This document shows, one piece after another, positions 1 to 9,725 of a stretch of DNA of 64,000 bases. The DNA is taken from IMG/VR virus record IMGVR_UViG_3300027974_001530. One strand, written 5' to 3'. Numbering within the stretch: the stretch's first letter is position 1; every line of letters starts with the position of its first letter. Source of the stretch: a virus (taxonomy: Duplodnaviria > Caudoviricetes). A program made the translations under genes and the position numbers. The notes below the pieces were generated by a model. That model saw nothing but the letters and a program-made list of their open reading frames with translations. It made no database searches and was not told the DNA's origin.

Positions 1-259
1 GAGTTCCTTTAGGTCCAAATATATCAACCCCAATATGTCCGTTTAAATGACCTCCCGCACCTGCGTGAGTTGCTTGTCTTGAATAGTCAGAATTGGCAGT
101 CCCCATAGGGTTATTCCAATCATCCCATTTTTGATCATAACCAATATTATATCTTCCCCCATCAATTGGGAATGCCTCTAAATCGGGTAAGGACTCATTT
201 AGATTATGGGTTTTTAAAATATATTTTTTTTCTTCTTCAGAAATTATTAATCTTTTCAT
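1..259 (-). CDS. M23-family metallopeptidase, 5' part only (runs off window edge), with N-terminal tag
   Basis: Not in ORF track. Manual translation MKRLIISEEEKKYILKTHNLNES...GGHLNGHIGVDIFGPKGT; HxxxD plus G.P.GT is typical of M23; TATTTAT at 272-278. Confidence 0.7.
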   Translation of the reverse strand, partial: MKRLIISEEEKKYILKTHNLNESLPDLEAFPIDGGRYNIGYDQKWDDWNNPMGTANSDYSRQATHAGAGGHLNGHIGVDIFGPKGT

Positions 260-280
260 TTGGCTTTTTATATAAATACT

Positions 281-760
281 TCAATCTACATAAAATATCA
301 TATTACCTATACCAACTTTTTTTGGTTCTTCAAAGGTGTGTTTAAGAAGGTCCATTACTTCGTCTTTTTTTGGGTGGTTCTCATGACAATTTATTCTAAA
401 CTCTTTTGGTAATTGACTATAAACTTTAAACATGTATTCTTCAATTTTACGATTAAATTTATATCCTAAACTATCATCTATATCATCAAAAAAATGTGCT
501 ACATAAGATAATCCCCATTTGTTCCAATCAAATATAACGTCTCTTAATTTTTCAATATCCATATCTTTAAATTTTTCAGAAAAAGGAATCCCAACATATT
601 TTGATAACTCCAAAAGGTTTATATGTAAATCAACATCAAAAGAATAAATCCAATGGTAAACATTTTCTCTTTGAGGTACTATCTTTTTTATAAATGGAAA
701 TTCCGTTGTTACAACAGAATTTAACACCTTAAAACCTTGTTCTTGTTTATTTGTTATCAT
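281..760 (-). CDS. hypothetical protein, similar to 6018..6428 (FPFIK motif)
   Basis: ORF track; TATTTAT at 767-773. Confidence 0.8.
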   Translation of the reverse strand: MITNKQEQGFKVLNSVVTTEFPFIKKIVPQRENVYHWIYSFDVDLHINLLELSKYVGIPFSEKFKDMDIEKLRDVIFDWNKWGLSYVAHFFDDIDDSLGYKFNRKIEEYMFKVYSQLPKEFRINCHENHPKKDEVMDLLKHTFEEPKKVGIGNMIFYVD

Positions 761-766
761 ATACTT

Positions 767-773
767 ATAAATA
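767..773 (-). promoter_or_regulatory. TATTTAT motif (putative phage late promoter), representative copy
   Basis: Same motif close upstream of about 30 gene starts; listed in findings. Confidence 0.5.
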
Positions 774-863
774 TACTAACTTTAAAATGAATGATTTTGT
801 AACGGTTCTTATAATAGGGTGGATTATTATAGGGATTTCTTTTTTTAACAATACTAAAGATAA

Positions 864-1562
864 TTAATCTAAAGTATCTGCGGTAACCTCAATATCTAAA
901 CCGACATTATCCCATTCTTCTCTATTCCAATTATGATCAACTATTAATGAATCATTGGTAATAACTATTTCCCCACTAGATCCTTCATTTATTTCCCAAC
1001 CAGAAAACTCTTCTAATTGACTGTAACAAATGTCTTCAATGTCTGAAGGTATATCAACACTCCTACCGTCTGATGTTATTCCATTTTGTTCTAAGGCTCC
1101 ACTATCTCCTGAACCATCATAAGATATTGTAACACTATCAGGATCCCCTAAATTAGATAAAAACTCACGACATTTAATTACAATGTTATCGTCCTCATCT
1201 TGTTCGTCAAATTCATATTCTGTAGATTCTTCTTCTTTTCCGTATGATTGTATGTCGGCATTTGAATAAACCAATAAACCTTTCTTTGGAAATATCTCTA
1301 CATGGAGGTCAAATCTTGATATATCATCATTATACCTATATACATCACTTTCAATTTCTTGAACCGTGTGATCTAGAATATCTTCTAAAAGACTATATAA
1401 CGCCTTTGGGGTCGCAATATACTTTGTCTCTCCAGATTTTTCACAACCCAATTCTTGCAATCCCCAATCATAACCGGAGTCATAAAATGTGTATGTTTGT
1501 GTAATTTTATCACAATCAAATTGTTTTAAAAACTCCATTAAATAAATAAACTTTCTTTTCAT
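864..1562 (-). CDS. DUF6878-like protein (YDGSGDSG...GWEINEGSSG)
   Basis: Motif shared with 39038..39724 and 41959..42642. Confidence 0.7.
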   Translation of the reverse strand: MKRKFIYLMEFLKQFDCDKITQTYTFYDSGYDWGLQELGCEKSGETKYIATPKALYSLLEDILDHTVQEIESDVYRYNDDISRFDLHVEIFPKKGLLVYSNADIQSYGKEEESTEYEFDEQDEDDNIVIKCREFLSNLGDPDSVTISYDGSGDSGALEQNGITSDGRSVDIPSDIEDICYSQLEEFSGWEINEGSSGEIVITNDSLIVDHNWNREEWDNVGLDIEVTADTLD

Positions 1563-1584
1563 ATCATTAAATATTATCTACACC

Positions 1585-1902
1585 TTACATGTAATCGTCG
1601 TTATCATACTCATCATTAACATCATAAAAATCATCAAAACAAGATTCTTCTTGTAATAAGTTTTCAAACACTTTTCTTATATGAGTATGAAAATTATTTC
1701 TAACCCACATATGTATAAGGTCATTATATCCTATACCACTTAATTGTAATAATTCTTTTTTATCTGAAACTTGCCAACAAATCTCGGTTAAAAATTCACT
1801 AAAGGTATAATCACAAACATCACCCTCAAGAACGTCAAATGACTCCTCAATTAGTTCTTTAATAATAGTATATCTTCTAATAAAAAGTATATTTTTATCC
1901 AT
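1585..1902 (-). CDS. small acidic 'RR-family' protein
   Basis: FIRRY and VCDYTF motifs shared with paralogs. Confidence 0.75.
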   Translation of the reverse strand: MDKNILFIRRYTIIKELIEESFDVLEGDVCDYTFSEFLTEICWQVSDKKELLQLSGIGYNDLIHMWVRNNFHTHIRKVFENLLQEESCFDDFYDVNDEYDNDDYM

Positions 1903-1908
1903 ACTTAA

Positions 1909-2286
1909 TTAACAATCATAATTATCCTTATCTTCATTCCAAAGATTTGACAGATAATCAAAATACTCTTCATACATCATATCTGTTATCTCATCTCTTA
2001 AATGGTCTTCTTCTTCGTCTTTAAAAATTTCATCTTCTCTTTCGTAACCTTCATCACCATAAAAAAAACTTAATCCTTCTCCAATACAAAAATCTGCATA
2101 TTCTTCCCCATCATCAAAATTGCAAGGGTCTTGAACTTCTGTTTGAAACTCTATTGTATTTCTTACTTCTTGAATTCTTCTGAGTCTTTTTAGTTCTTCA
2201 GGAGTTATTGATTCATACAAACCATTTATTTGGTTATACTCTTTATTTAAAACAGATCTTACAATTTTTTCTATAATAGTACTCAT
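1909..2286 (-). CDS. small acidic 'RR-family' protein, tag-like N-terminus
   Basis: LYES, LRRIQ, DPCNF motifs; TATTTAT directly upstream. Confidence 0.75.
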   Translation of the reverse strand: MSTIIEKIVRSVLNKEYNQINGLYESITPEELKRLRRIQEVRNTIEFQTEVQDPCNFDDGEEYADFCIGEGLSFFYGDEGYEREDEIFKDEEEDHLRDEITDMMYEEYFDYLSNLWNEDKDNYDC

Positions 2287-2307
2287 ATAAATAAATATAA
2301 TAAAAAT

Positions 2308-2341
2308 AAAAAACCCCTAAACAATTTATTTAAGGGTTTTA
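2308..2341 (-). terminator. intrinsic terminator
   Basis: AAAACCC...GGGTTTT hairpin downstream of 2397..2975. Confidence 0.65.
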
Positions 2342-2396
2342 ATATTTAATTTACTTTTTTTATTACCATTTTGATATGTCAATATAGTTTTTAAAG

Positions 2397-2975
2397 TTAA
2401 AACATGGGTTTTTTTCTTTTAAATCTAAGATTTCTAAATACTCTATTTAATTTTCTTTTAAATTTTCTAGCGTTTCTTCTTAATTTGTTCATGAACATTT
2501 CAACGTCATGACCCGCAGCCTCAATTTTATCAATTAACATTTGTAATGGTCCAGGATCTGGACTATTTTCATCCATAGAATCCAAAGCAGAATCAATTTC
2601 ATCAACCAAAGCATCTTCAGATTCTCTTAATAAGTATTGTAATTCTCTATGACGAGGAATGTTAAAAGATTCATTCATTCCACCAAAACCATTCTTTATC
2701 CACTTACCCATTTTAGATCGTTTGAATTTTCGTTTTAAATTCATTTCTAATTTTCTACGATTCCTTCTTAGTTTTTTAATGAACATTTCAACGTCATGAC
2801 CCGCATCTTGTATTTTATTAATAATTCTTTCTAAAATTCCTGGATCAGGATTGTTCTCATCCACAGAATCTAACTCAGTATCAATTTCATCAACCAAAAC
2901 ATCTTCAGATTCTCTTATTACTCTTTTTACGATTCTTGCCAAATCATTTTCATTTAGTCTAACTATCCTTTTCAT
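2397..2975 (-). CDS. tagged protein with internal duplication of an acidic/basic module
   Basis: MKRIVRLNENDL tag; two copies of RESEDxLVDEID...AGHDVEMF...KLRRN. Confidence 0.85.
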   Translation of the reverse strand: MKRIVRLNENDLARIVKRVIRESEDVLVDEIDTELDSVDENNPDPGILERIINKIQDAGHDVEMFIKKLRRNRRKLEMNLKRKFKRSKMGKWIKNGFGGMNESFNIPRHRELQYLLRESEDALVDEIDSALDSMDENSPDPGPLQMLIDKIEAAGHDVEMFMNKLRRNARKFKRKLNRVFRNLRFKRKKPMF

Positions 2976-2977
2976 TA

Positions 2978-3289
2978 TTATATAAGATTTCTAAGATTAG
3001 TTTGATACCCAGGATTTTTTTGGATGTATCCAACGGAAAGTATTCCGTTTGAAGTTGGGATATTATATCCTGTAGACTTATTTAAAGTCGCTATAATATT
3101 AGCATCTTTAATGGCAGTTCCTGGTACCGTTAGATCAACATACCCGATATTCCCATCACCAAATTTTTGTGCTACATATGTTTTAGGTCCAATTTTCATT
3201 GGTTTACCTAATTGTGATGCACCTTCGTTTATTACTCTTCTTACAATTCTTGCAAGATCTGATTCTGTTAGTCTAACTATCCTTTTCAT
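2978..3289 (-). CDS. tagged hypothetical protein
   Basis: MKRIVRLTESDLARIVRRVINE tag. Confidence 0.85.
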   Translation of the reverse strand: MKRIVRLTESDLARIVRRVINEGASQLGKPMKIGPKTYVAQKFGDGNIGYVDLTVPGTAIKDANIIATLNKSTGYNIPTSNGILSVGYIQKNPGYQTNLRNLI

Positions 3290-3383
3290 GTTTTTTTATT
3301 TTTAATTTTTAATTTCTTTAATAATAAATATGTACTATTAAAAAAAAAAATCATTTTATGGCGCAATTAATGGAAATAAACAT

Positions 3384-3391
3384 TATATTTG
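3384..3391 (+). promoter_or_regulatory. Bacteroidota sigma-A -7 element (TATATTTG)
   Basis: Matches TAnnTTTG upstream of 3421. Confidence 0.65.
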
Positions 3392-3420
3392 TAATATATT
3401 AATCACTAAATAATTAAACC

Positions 3421-3978
3421 ATGAAAAATTTAATATCTTTTGTTTTTACTTTTTTGATTGTTTTTGTTTCAAATTCACAAACATATGAGATGTATTCTGA
3501 CGTTTGGGAGTATGTAAGTAAAGATAGTAAGATGATTGTCCCAAAAGGTGGTGGTTCATTTTCATTCCCATCTGAAGAGATGATTGGAAAAATTGACACA
3601 AACAAAATTAATTCTTACATGTTGGAATCATTTAACAACTTTAGAAAATCTTATGGTAAATCTCCCGTAACTGAAGATAAGGATTTAACAAAAAAATCTA
3701 AATCATACGCTAAATGTTTGGTGTCTGAATTTAAACATGACCCTAATTTACCAAATAATAATTCTGAAAATATTGCCGAATTAAATTTCATGTTATTTAC
3801 AAAAATTGATCTAAATAAATACGATATAAATAAAGTTATTGCCGACTGTTGTTTTGATATATTTATTAGATCTAAAGGCCACATGGAGATGTTGTTAAGT
3901 GAAAGATCAAACAAATATGGTTTTGGTATCTACAAGTCAACTCATTCTATTATGATCTGTCTTAGATATAAAGCATAA
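3421..3978 (+). CDS. secreted CAP/SCP-like domain protein
   Basis: Signal peptide; FNNFRKSYG, ENIA, SKGH, YGFG motifs; own promoter and terminator. Confidence 0.75.
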   Translation: MKNLISFVFTFLIVFVSNSQTYEMYSDVWEYVSKDSKMIVPKGGGSFSFPSEEMIGKIDTNKINSYMLESFNNFRKSYGKSPVTEDKDLTKKSKSYAKCLVSEFKHDPNLPNNNSENIAELNFMLFTKIDLNKYDINKVIADCCFDIFIRSKGHMEMLLSERSNKYGFGIYKSTHSIMICLRYKA

Positions 3979-4004
3979 AAAAAGAGGACTAAGTCCTCTT
4001 TTTT
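3977..4004. terminator. bidirectional intrinsic terminator
   Basis: AAAAAAGAGGAC-TAA-GTCCTCTTTTTT between convergent genes. Confidence 0.85.
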
Positions 4005-4018
4005 GTATTATAAATAAC

Positions 4019-5968
4019 TTATAGTTTGCTTCCAAACGCCTCACATTTTGTCGCTCCGTTTTTCTTACCTGCCGGAGGTCCGTATGTTCCTCTTGCCCTT
4101 CTTTTAAATGTAAAAAGTTGTTTCCATTTAATTCTTAATCCGGGGATTGGAATTTTAAACGGTTTTTTACCAGGTGCGTAGAAATAAATTGGGTAAAGAT
4201 TAGTTTCTATAACTTCAACTTCTGGGTCAAAATCTTTTTTCTTATCATCCGGTGGTGTATTATCGGGTTCTGGTTTATAGTCGTCATTAAATATTAGTTT
4301 AACCGATCCATTAATAAATTTATATTTATCATATTCTAATATGTTAGTATGTGGGGTTCCGCACTCAGTTCTAAGTACGGTTTTTCCATTTAACGTACAT
4401 GATGGGTCATTTGGACCACAATTTGGTGTCATAGGAAAATTACCTTTCGCAATAAATCCTTTGCCCATTGGTGGGTTAGGTCCAGATGAACCGTCTCCGT
4501 TACCCTTGGGGTTTGTGTCCGTTGGATTTGCGTCCGTGTCAAAATAATATTTTGTATTACCGTCAATTAAAACACCAATCGCCGATAATTCTCTTATCAT
4601 TATTGCTTTACCTGTTGCCAATCTATTTTCTGATAATTGTTTAAATGATAATGTTGCAGCTTTTCCCCCATTTCTTAATCTTGATGCTGATGCCTGTAGA
4701 TACATAGCTTCAAGGTAGGCCTTAGGTTTACCTTCAGGTGGAGTTAATCCTGACATTTGTTTTTGTATTAACGAACAAAGATCTTTCATTTCTTGTACGA
4801 AAATTTGTGCAAAAGACTCATCCCACTCATTATCTTTAAATAAATTTTTATCGTTATCAGGATTTAACGGAAATTCAAAAGTTTCCGTAGGGTATAGTTT
4901 TTCTTCTTGAGGAATGTTATTAACTATAGGGTCCTCTTCACACTCTCTGATGAATGTTTCTTGATCAATACCAACACCAACTTTTCGCCATTTTTTTTCT
5001 TCATAAGTGTCATTAAATCTTTCTAACACGGCAACCGCATATGCGATTTCTTCAGGATCTGCCTTTAATGTTGCCCAATTAGATTTAGATGTTTTAGACA
5101 TAAGACTAACCATTTTAGATTCATTCTCTTTTAAATAAGATACGTACTCATCCTCCCCAATTGAAGGTTCCATTTCTTCTTCCGAACTAAAGTCTTCTGA
5201 TGCCGAACCTCTACCTTTACCAAATGTTAACCAACCTACTCTACCAATTTTTATCGTACCTCTTTTATTTTTTGCCCATACTTTATCTAATGATTTAATT
5301 TTACGACTATTCTTACGTTTGTAATTTTTACCTTTTTTTCTACGTTTTTTATGTTCAATGTTAAGATCAATACCTTTTACATTTTTCATGAATTTTCTAA
5401 AACCGTTTTTTACTTTTTTACCAAATTTTTCCATTGCTTCTTTGGTAGGTCTACCAATTTTTCTTTTAAACCATCGAGCAAATTTAGTTCTTTTAAATTT
5501 TTTACCCCACTGTTTAAAACAGTCAGCTAAATATTCGGGACATCTTTCTATTAATAGGTCGGCTTCAATTAATAATCTTTGATCTGATTCGGTTAAAGTT
5601 TCACCCTCATCCTCATCACCAAGGAAATCTTTAAATGTTGTTCTAAGATATTCATCATATTCTTCAGGGTAATACGCAATTATTGCGTCATAATCCTCGT
5701 CTGATTCAAGATCAGGGATACCTGATAAATCCTCTTCACCTTCAGGATCTTCCTCTTCTTGTTCTAAGATAAAATTTTTAGTACCACCATATTTAAGTTG
5801 TTCCTCAATTAATCTTTGTTTTTCCAATAGATTTAAAAAGGTTTTCTTTTCTCCTTGTTCAGAGATAAACCCGACTGAAGAATTTGTTATCTTTTCTTCA
5901 ATTAATTTATTATCCATTCTTTTATTAATTTCTTGGATATATCGTATTTTACTATAACTCCTATTCAT
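4019..5968 (-). CDS. large protein with acidic and very basic blocks; possible OmpA-C-like segment
   Basis: Start reassigned from 6082 to ATG 5968 (TATTTAT at 5981-5987; longer start overlaps upstream gene); QASASR...LSENR resembles OmpA-like fold (weak). Confidence 0.75.
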   Translation of the reverse strand: MNRSYSKIRYIQEINKRMDNKLIEEKITNSSVGFISEQGEKKTFLNLLEKQRLIEEQLKYGGTKNFILEQEEEDPEGEEDLSGIPDLESDEDYDAIIAYYPEEYDEYLRTTFKDFLGDEDEGETLTESDQRLLIEADLLIERCPEYLADCFKQWGKKFKRTKFARWFKRKIGRPTKEAMEKFGKKVKNGFRKFMKNVKGIDLNIEHKKRRKKGKNYKRKNSRKIKSLDKVWAKNKRGTIKIGRVGWLTFGKGRGSASEDFSSEEEMEPSIGEDEYVSYLKENESKMVSLMSKTSKSNWATLKADPEEIAYAVAVLERFNDTYEEKKWRKVGVGIDQETFIRECEEDPIVNNIPQEEKLYPTETFEFPLNPDNDKNLFKDNEWDESFAQIFVQEMKDLCSLIQKQMSGLTPPEGKPKAYLEAMYLQASASRLRNGGKAATLSFKQLSENRLATGKAIMIRELSAIGVLIDGNTKYYFDTDANPTDTNPKGNGDGSSGPNPPMGKGFIAKGNFPMTPNCGPNDPSCTLNGKTVLRTECGTPHTNILEYDKYKFINGSVKLIFNDDYKPEPDNTPPDDKKKDFDPEVEVIETNLYPIYFYAPGKKPFKIPIPGLRIKWKQLFTFKRRARGTYGPPAGKKNGATKCEAFGSKL

Positions 5969-5980
5969 ATAATTTTTATT

Positions 5981-5987
5981 ATAAATA
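5981..5987 (-). promoter_or_regulatory. TATTTAT motif
   Basis: 12 nt upstream of ATG 5968. Confidence 0.5.
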
Positions 5988-6017
5988 TCGTGGAGTTTAA
6001 AAAAAAATAAATGTTTT

Positions 6018-6428
6018 TTAAATTTCTTTGAGTTCAGATACATTAATACCGGCAGCTTCACTTGGCCATGTTGGGTGATCATCAGGGTAATTGTATCTTA
6101 CATTTTTAGGTAATCTATCGTATATTTTTCCTAAAAGATCTTCAAGGAGATCTTTATTCCATTCACCACTACGACTATATTCATCTCCACCATCACCAAC
6201 AAAAAGATAATTTTCCATTTCATCTTTATTTACAGTAATATTAATATAAATAATGTAATATTTACTTTGATCTCTATAATCATTAGAAGTCTTAAATTCA
6301 TTAAAAGACAAATTTTTAATAAAAGGATATTTTGACCTAACCATATCTTTAAATAAATTAAAACCAAAATCATATTTGGTTTTATTTTTTAAATCATTAA
6401 ATTGACCTTCTGTTATTATTATTTTCAT
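6018..6428 (-). CDS. tagged hypothetical protein
   Basis: MKIIITEGQ tag; YPFIK similarity to 281..760. Confidence 0.85.
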   Translation of the reverse strand: MKIIITEGQFNDLKNKTKYDFGFNLFKDMVRSKYPFIKNLSFNEFKTSNDYRDQSKYYIIYINITVNKDEMENYLFVGDGGDEYSRSGEWNKDLLEDLLGKIYDRLPKNVRYNYPDDHPTWPSEAAGINVSELKEI

Positions 6429-6433
6429 ATCTT

Positions 6434-7291
6434 TTATCCAAATACCACTTCACCCATTACACAAAGTTGTAGGAATACATCGGCATCTCCGGCATCTCCT
6501 TCTTCTAACAGGATTCGTTCCCATATCTCAGGGTAATCTTTTTTTATAATAGGAATTGATTCCAATATTTTATCCATATCAATATAACCTAATTTTGTTT
6601 CTTCTAAATCACTATAATAACTTTTATCGTCTTTTAAATCACCAGTAATATCATAATCACCATCAATATAGTTACGTTTTACCTCCCTGTACTCCTCAAT
6701 ATCATAAACTTCAATATTACCACCTTGTAGGATATATTCACCAACGGCCTCTGATGTTGATTGTCCATAGGATCTTATATTTTTAGGTAAATCCATGTAA
6801 TACCAATAGTTTGATCCTCCTTCTAAGGCGGTAACAAATAAATCAATTAAATTATCCTTTGTTAAACTTTTTTTCAACGCCTCTTCTCGATATCTATTGT
6901 ATCTAAATGACCACCCAAGACCACCGGCACTATAGATATTCCAATCCCTTATTCTTTCTTTTGTTTTTTCAATATCGTGTTCAGAAAGATATTTTTTTAA
7001 ACGTTCAAGTTCTTTTTTTGCTGGTTCGACAATTTCTTTTTTTATGTGATCTAAAACATACTCATCTTTTATGTGTGAGGTGTCAAAATTTGAGTAATGT
7101 TCAACGTCTTTCTCCTTCTCTTTAATATTTTTTTTTAGATTTTCAAGATCTTCTAAAGCCTCTTTTTCTGCCAATTCCTCAACTTGACGCATTTCATCGG
7201 CAGTTAAACCATATTTATTAAGTTCTTCACTTTCATTTAAAAAATTACTTTTTAAAGTATTATATTGATCCTCACTTACTATTATTTTCAT
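6434..7291 (-). CDS. tagged hypothetical protein, coiled-coil N-half
   Basis: MKIIVSEDQ tag; ALEGGSNYW and DADVFLQLCVMGEVVFG segments. Confidence 0.85.
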   Translation of the reverse strand: MKIIVSEDQYNTLKSNFLNESEELNKYGLTADEMRQVEELAEKEALEDLENLKKNIKEKEKDVEHYSNFDTSHIKDEYVLDHIKKEIVEPAKKELERLKKYLSEHDIEKTKERIRDWNIYSAGGLGWSFRYNRYREEALKKSLTKDNLIDLFVTALEGGSNYWYYMDLPKNIRSYGQSTSEAVGEYILQGGNIEVYDIEEYREVKRNYIDGDYDITGDLKDDKSYYSDLEETKLGYIDMDKILESIPIIKKDYPEIWERILLEEGDAGDADVFLQLCVMGEVVFG

Positions 7292-7293
7292 AA

Positions 7294-7854
7294 TTAATCT
7301 TTTCTTAGTTCTTCAAAAACCTCATCACACCTTTCTGATAACATTTTTAGGTAATCATTTTCTAACCATCTTTTAATGTCATTAAAACTATTAAACTCTG
7401 TTGGAGCGTCCTCCATATGGTTAAAATCTCCATTTATATCTTCTTCTCTTAACTCTTGACCATCGTAATTCCAACTATAAAATTCAAAATCAATAGGAAT
7501 GTAACACTCACCATTCCAATAAGGGGTTGCCCACCCTGATAAAGATTCATTGGATTCTGAGTCTAATTTTTTACATGTAAACTCAAGAGACCCTGCCATA
7601 CGATCAAATCCAAAATCAAAGTTATGGTTGTTAAAAATTTTTGGTTCTGAGGTTAATATTTTTATTTGATCTCGTATCATATCATAAAGATCTTGACATG
7701 ATATTTCAGGCATATCCCCATTAAAAATTACCGATAATGCCCTTAAATTAAGATTATATCTTTTTAAAGTTTGGTAAACACCAACATCGTCAATTGAATC
7801 CTCTAAAGTTTTTTTTAGACCACCAAGTTGATTTTCGTTTAAGATAATTTTCAT
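7294..7854 (-). CDS. tagged hypothetical protein, paralog of 56365..56967
   Basis: MKIILNENQ tag; SCQDL/SCQEL and GWATP/GYAQP shared. Confidence 0.85.
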   Translation of the reverse strand: MKIILNENQLGGLKKTLEDSIDDVGVYQTLKRYNLNLRALSVIFNGDMPEISCQDLYDMIRDQIKILTSEPKIFNNHNFDFGFDRMAGSLEFTCKKLDSESNESLSGWATPYWNGECYIPIDFEFYSWNYDGQELREEDINGDFNHMEDAPTEFNSFNDIKRWLENDYLKMLSERCDEVFEELRKD

Positions 7855-7897
7855 ATAAATAAATATATGGGAGAATGATTATAAGTTTAATTTCATT

Positions 7898-8377
7898 TTA
7901 TAATCTAAATTCTTCATCAGTTACATTACTGTCATATACGTCACTATCAACAATTGTCCATTCCCAAGGACGGATTTCCTCACTTTCTCTTAAAGACCAA
8001 AGATAAGAGGAATCAAAATCATCCCCATCTAAATAAGTTGTCATATTTTCGGAATATGTGTTTTGTTGATATAAGGTCTCTTCCACAACATATTCAACGG
8101 AACGTTCTTTATTTTCAGGTCTATTAATAACGTCTCCTTCTATTTTTTCTTCATTATTATATTTTATAAGGCACCAAATATATTCAATATCCATACGACT
8201 TCCTCCTGCAATAGGAGTAAAAATTTTTTTAAATAGATTATTGTTATCTGAAATTTCTGAAGAGAATTCCGAGATTTCAGTACTATCGATATATGACTGT
8301 ATTACCATTGGGTATATAAAATTATAATATCTTATAATAGCGGAGTCCGATAATTTTTCTAATTTAGATTTTTCCAT
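7898..8377 (-). CDS. acidic hypothetical protein, tandem paralog of 8389..8877
   Basis: MEKSKLEKL start (reassigned to 8377, TATTTAT 8382-8388). Confidence 0.8.
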   Translation of the reverse strand: MEKSKLEKLSDSAIIRYYNFIYPMVIQSYIDSTEISEFSSEISDNNNLFKKIFTPIAGGSRMDIEYIWCLIKYNNEEKIEGDVINRPENKERSVEYVVEETLYQQNTYSENMTTYLDGDDFDSSYLWSLRESEEIRPWEWTIVDSDVYDSNVTDEEFRL

Positions 8378-8388
8378 AATAATAAATA

Positions 8389-8877
8389 TCAATTAAAGTC
8401 AAACCAATCATCTCTTTGGTCCCAATCTAATTCCTCTCTATCGGTCTCATCCCAATCGTAAGGTTCAAAATCGGACGCACCCCTTAAATCAAATAAGTAA
8501 CCACTATCTAAATTGTCAGGAATATACGTGTCAATACCACCAGATCGTGTTATTCTAGTCAATATTCTTTCTTCTGTGATATATTCGATCTCTTTATATT
8601 CAAATGTGGGTCTTGTTATTTTACCATCATCTTGATTTGAGACGTATAATATATAATATAGATACTCAATGTCGGTTCGTTTAAAAGAACCCCCCACAGG
8701 TGACATTATTGATCTTTTTAACCCATTTTGTTCTGTCCTGTAATTCGAACTTAAAAAACCATAGAAATCACTAATGTCCTCAAAGCCAATGTTGGCGTCA
8801 GATAATAATTTTTTTACATGATTTCGGTACCTAATCAAACCATCATCACCTATTCTTTCAAATTTAGATTTTTCCAT
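8389..8877 (-). CDS. acidic hypothetical protein, tandem paralog of 7898..8377
   Basis: MEKSKFERI start; shared DIEY and P(W/Y)xW motifs. Confidence 0.8.
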   Translation of the reverse strand: MEKSKFERIGDDGLIRYRNHVKKLLSDANIGFEDISDFYGFLSSNYRTEQNGLKRSIMSPVGGSFKRTDIEYLYYILYVSNQDDGKITRPTFEYKEIEYITEERILTRITRSGGIDTYIPDNLDSGYLFDLRGASDFEPYDWDETDREELDWDQRDDWFDFN

Positions 8878-8900
8878 GTTAATAAATATTATAAAAAATT

Positions 8901-8925
8901 AAAAACCCCTCCGGTTAGAGGGGTA
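8901..8925 (-). terminator. intrinsic terminator
   Basis: AAAAACCCCT-CCGGTT-AGAGGGG. Confidence 0.65.
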
Positions 8926-8932
8926 TAATGTA

Positions 8933-9112
8933 TTACAATCTAGATGCGGTTTCCATAATAAGTCTCAATTTGTTCTCAAGTTCTCTAATTTCTCTAAGTT
9001 GACTTTCATTTGGTTCCAAAGATTCACCTCTAATAGATGAAATTTTGTTTTGTGTTCTCGTATACTCATACATCAGTTGATTATACTTTTCGGCTTTTTG
9101 TGAATCGTTCAT
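8933..9112 (-). CDS. 59-aa coiled-coil protein, similar to 52308..52493
   Basis: Manual translation MNDSQKAEKYNQLMYEYTRTQNKISSIRGESLEPNESQLREIRELENKLRLIMETASRL; TATTTAT 9129-9135. Confidence 0.7.
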   Translation of the reverse strand: MNDSQKAEKYNQLMYEYTRTQNKISSIRGESLEPNESQLREIRELENKLRLIMETASRL

Positions 9113-9175
9113 AATTATTATATAGTTAATAAATAGAGAAAGGAAATAAAATTTTGTTTATATTAAAAATAATTG

Positions 9176-9183
9176 TACATTTG
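9176..9183 (+). promoter_or_regulatory. Bacteroidota sigma-A -7 element (TACATTTG)
   Basis: TAnnTTTG with TTTG about 19 nt upstream. Confidence 0.7.
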
Positions 9184-9206
9184 TTTTATAATTAAACAAA
9201 ATACCA

Positions 9207-9704
9207 ATGAAACCACTAATGACCTTTTTAATTCTATTTTTATCATTTTTAAATTTTTCACAAAATGTAATTGATGTTTCGATTTCTAAGATTGGAATAT
9301 TTTCTAAGTATGGGAAGGACTCTTTACATTTAATGATTAAGAAATCAGAGTGTGGAGAATACTCTAAAACATATACTCCAGTCAACTTGAAACTTGTGAT
9401 CAATAAATCTGAAAAAAGAATTTATAGATTTAAAAACAATTTACCTTTAGATACTTTGATGGTTAAAAAAATCTTTTTTAAAGATTCAATATACTCAATT
9501 ACTACACAAGAATTATGTGATCCAAATTACGCTGAATATGAAGGACAAATTATTGATTGTTTTTTAGTGTTAGACACAAGAAAAAATCAAACAAATAAAA
9601 ACACTCCGACTATGTGCTACTATTGGAATTGGAATTTTTCTTTAAATGATGTTCCTGTTGATTACTTTACAGGTCGGGTTAGTGATTATGTAACTATAAA
9701 ATAA
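9207..9704 (+). CDS. secreted protein
   Basis: Signal peptide; TACATTTG promoter at 9176-9183. Confidence 0.8.
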   Translation: MKPLMTFLILFLSFLNFSQNVIDVSISKIGIFSKYGKDSLHLMIKKSECGEYSKTYTPVNLKLVINKSEKRIYRFKNNLPLDTLMVKKIFFKDSIYSITTQELCDPNYAEYEGQIIDCFLVLDTRKNQTNKNTPTMCYYWNWNFSLNDVPVDYFTGRVSDYVTIK

Positions 9705-9725
9705 AAGGGTCTAACGATCCTTTTA
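9704..9725. terminator. bidirectional intrinsic terminator
   Basis: AAAAGGGTC-TAAC-GATCCTTTT between convergent genes. Confidence 0.7.

Noticed and set aside
766-773. TATAAATA on the plus strand as a T4-type late promoter
   Set aside because: It points away from the adjacent minus-strand genes and flips with gene strand, so the functional reading is TATTTAT on the coding strand.
5969-6082. 5' extension of the 687-aa ORF
   Set aside because: It overlaps 6018..6428 and runs through the TATTTAT motif; ATG 5968 is the better start. The same logic was applied to other extended starts.
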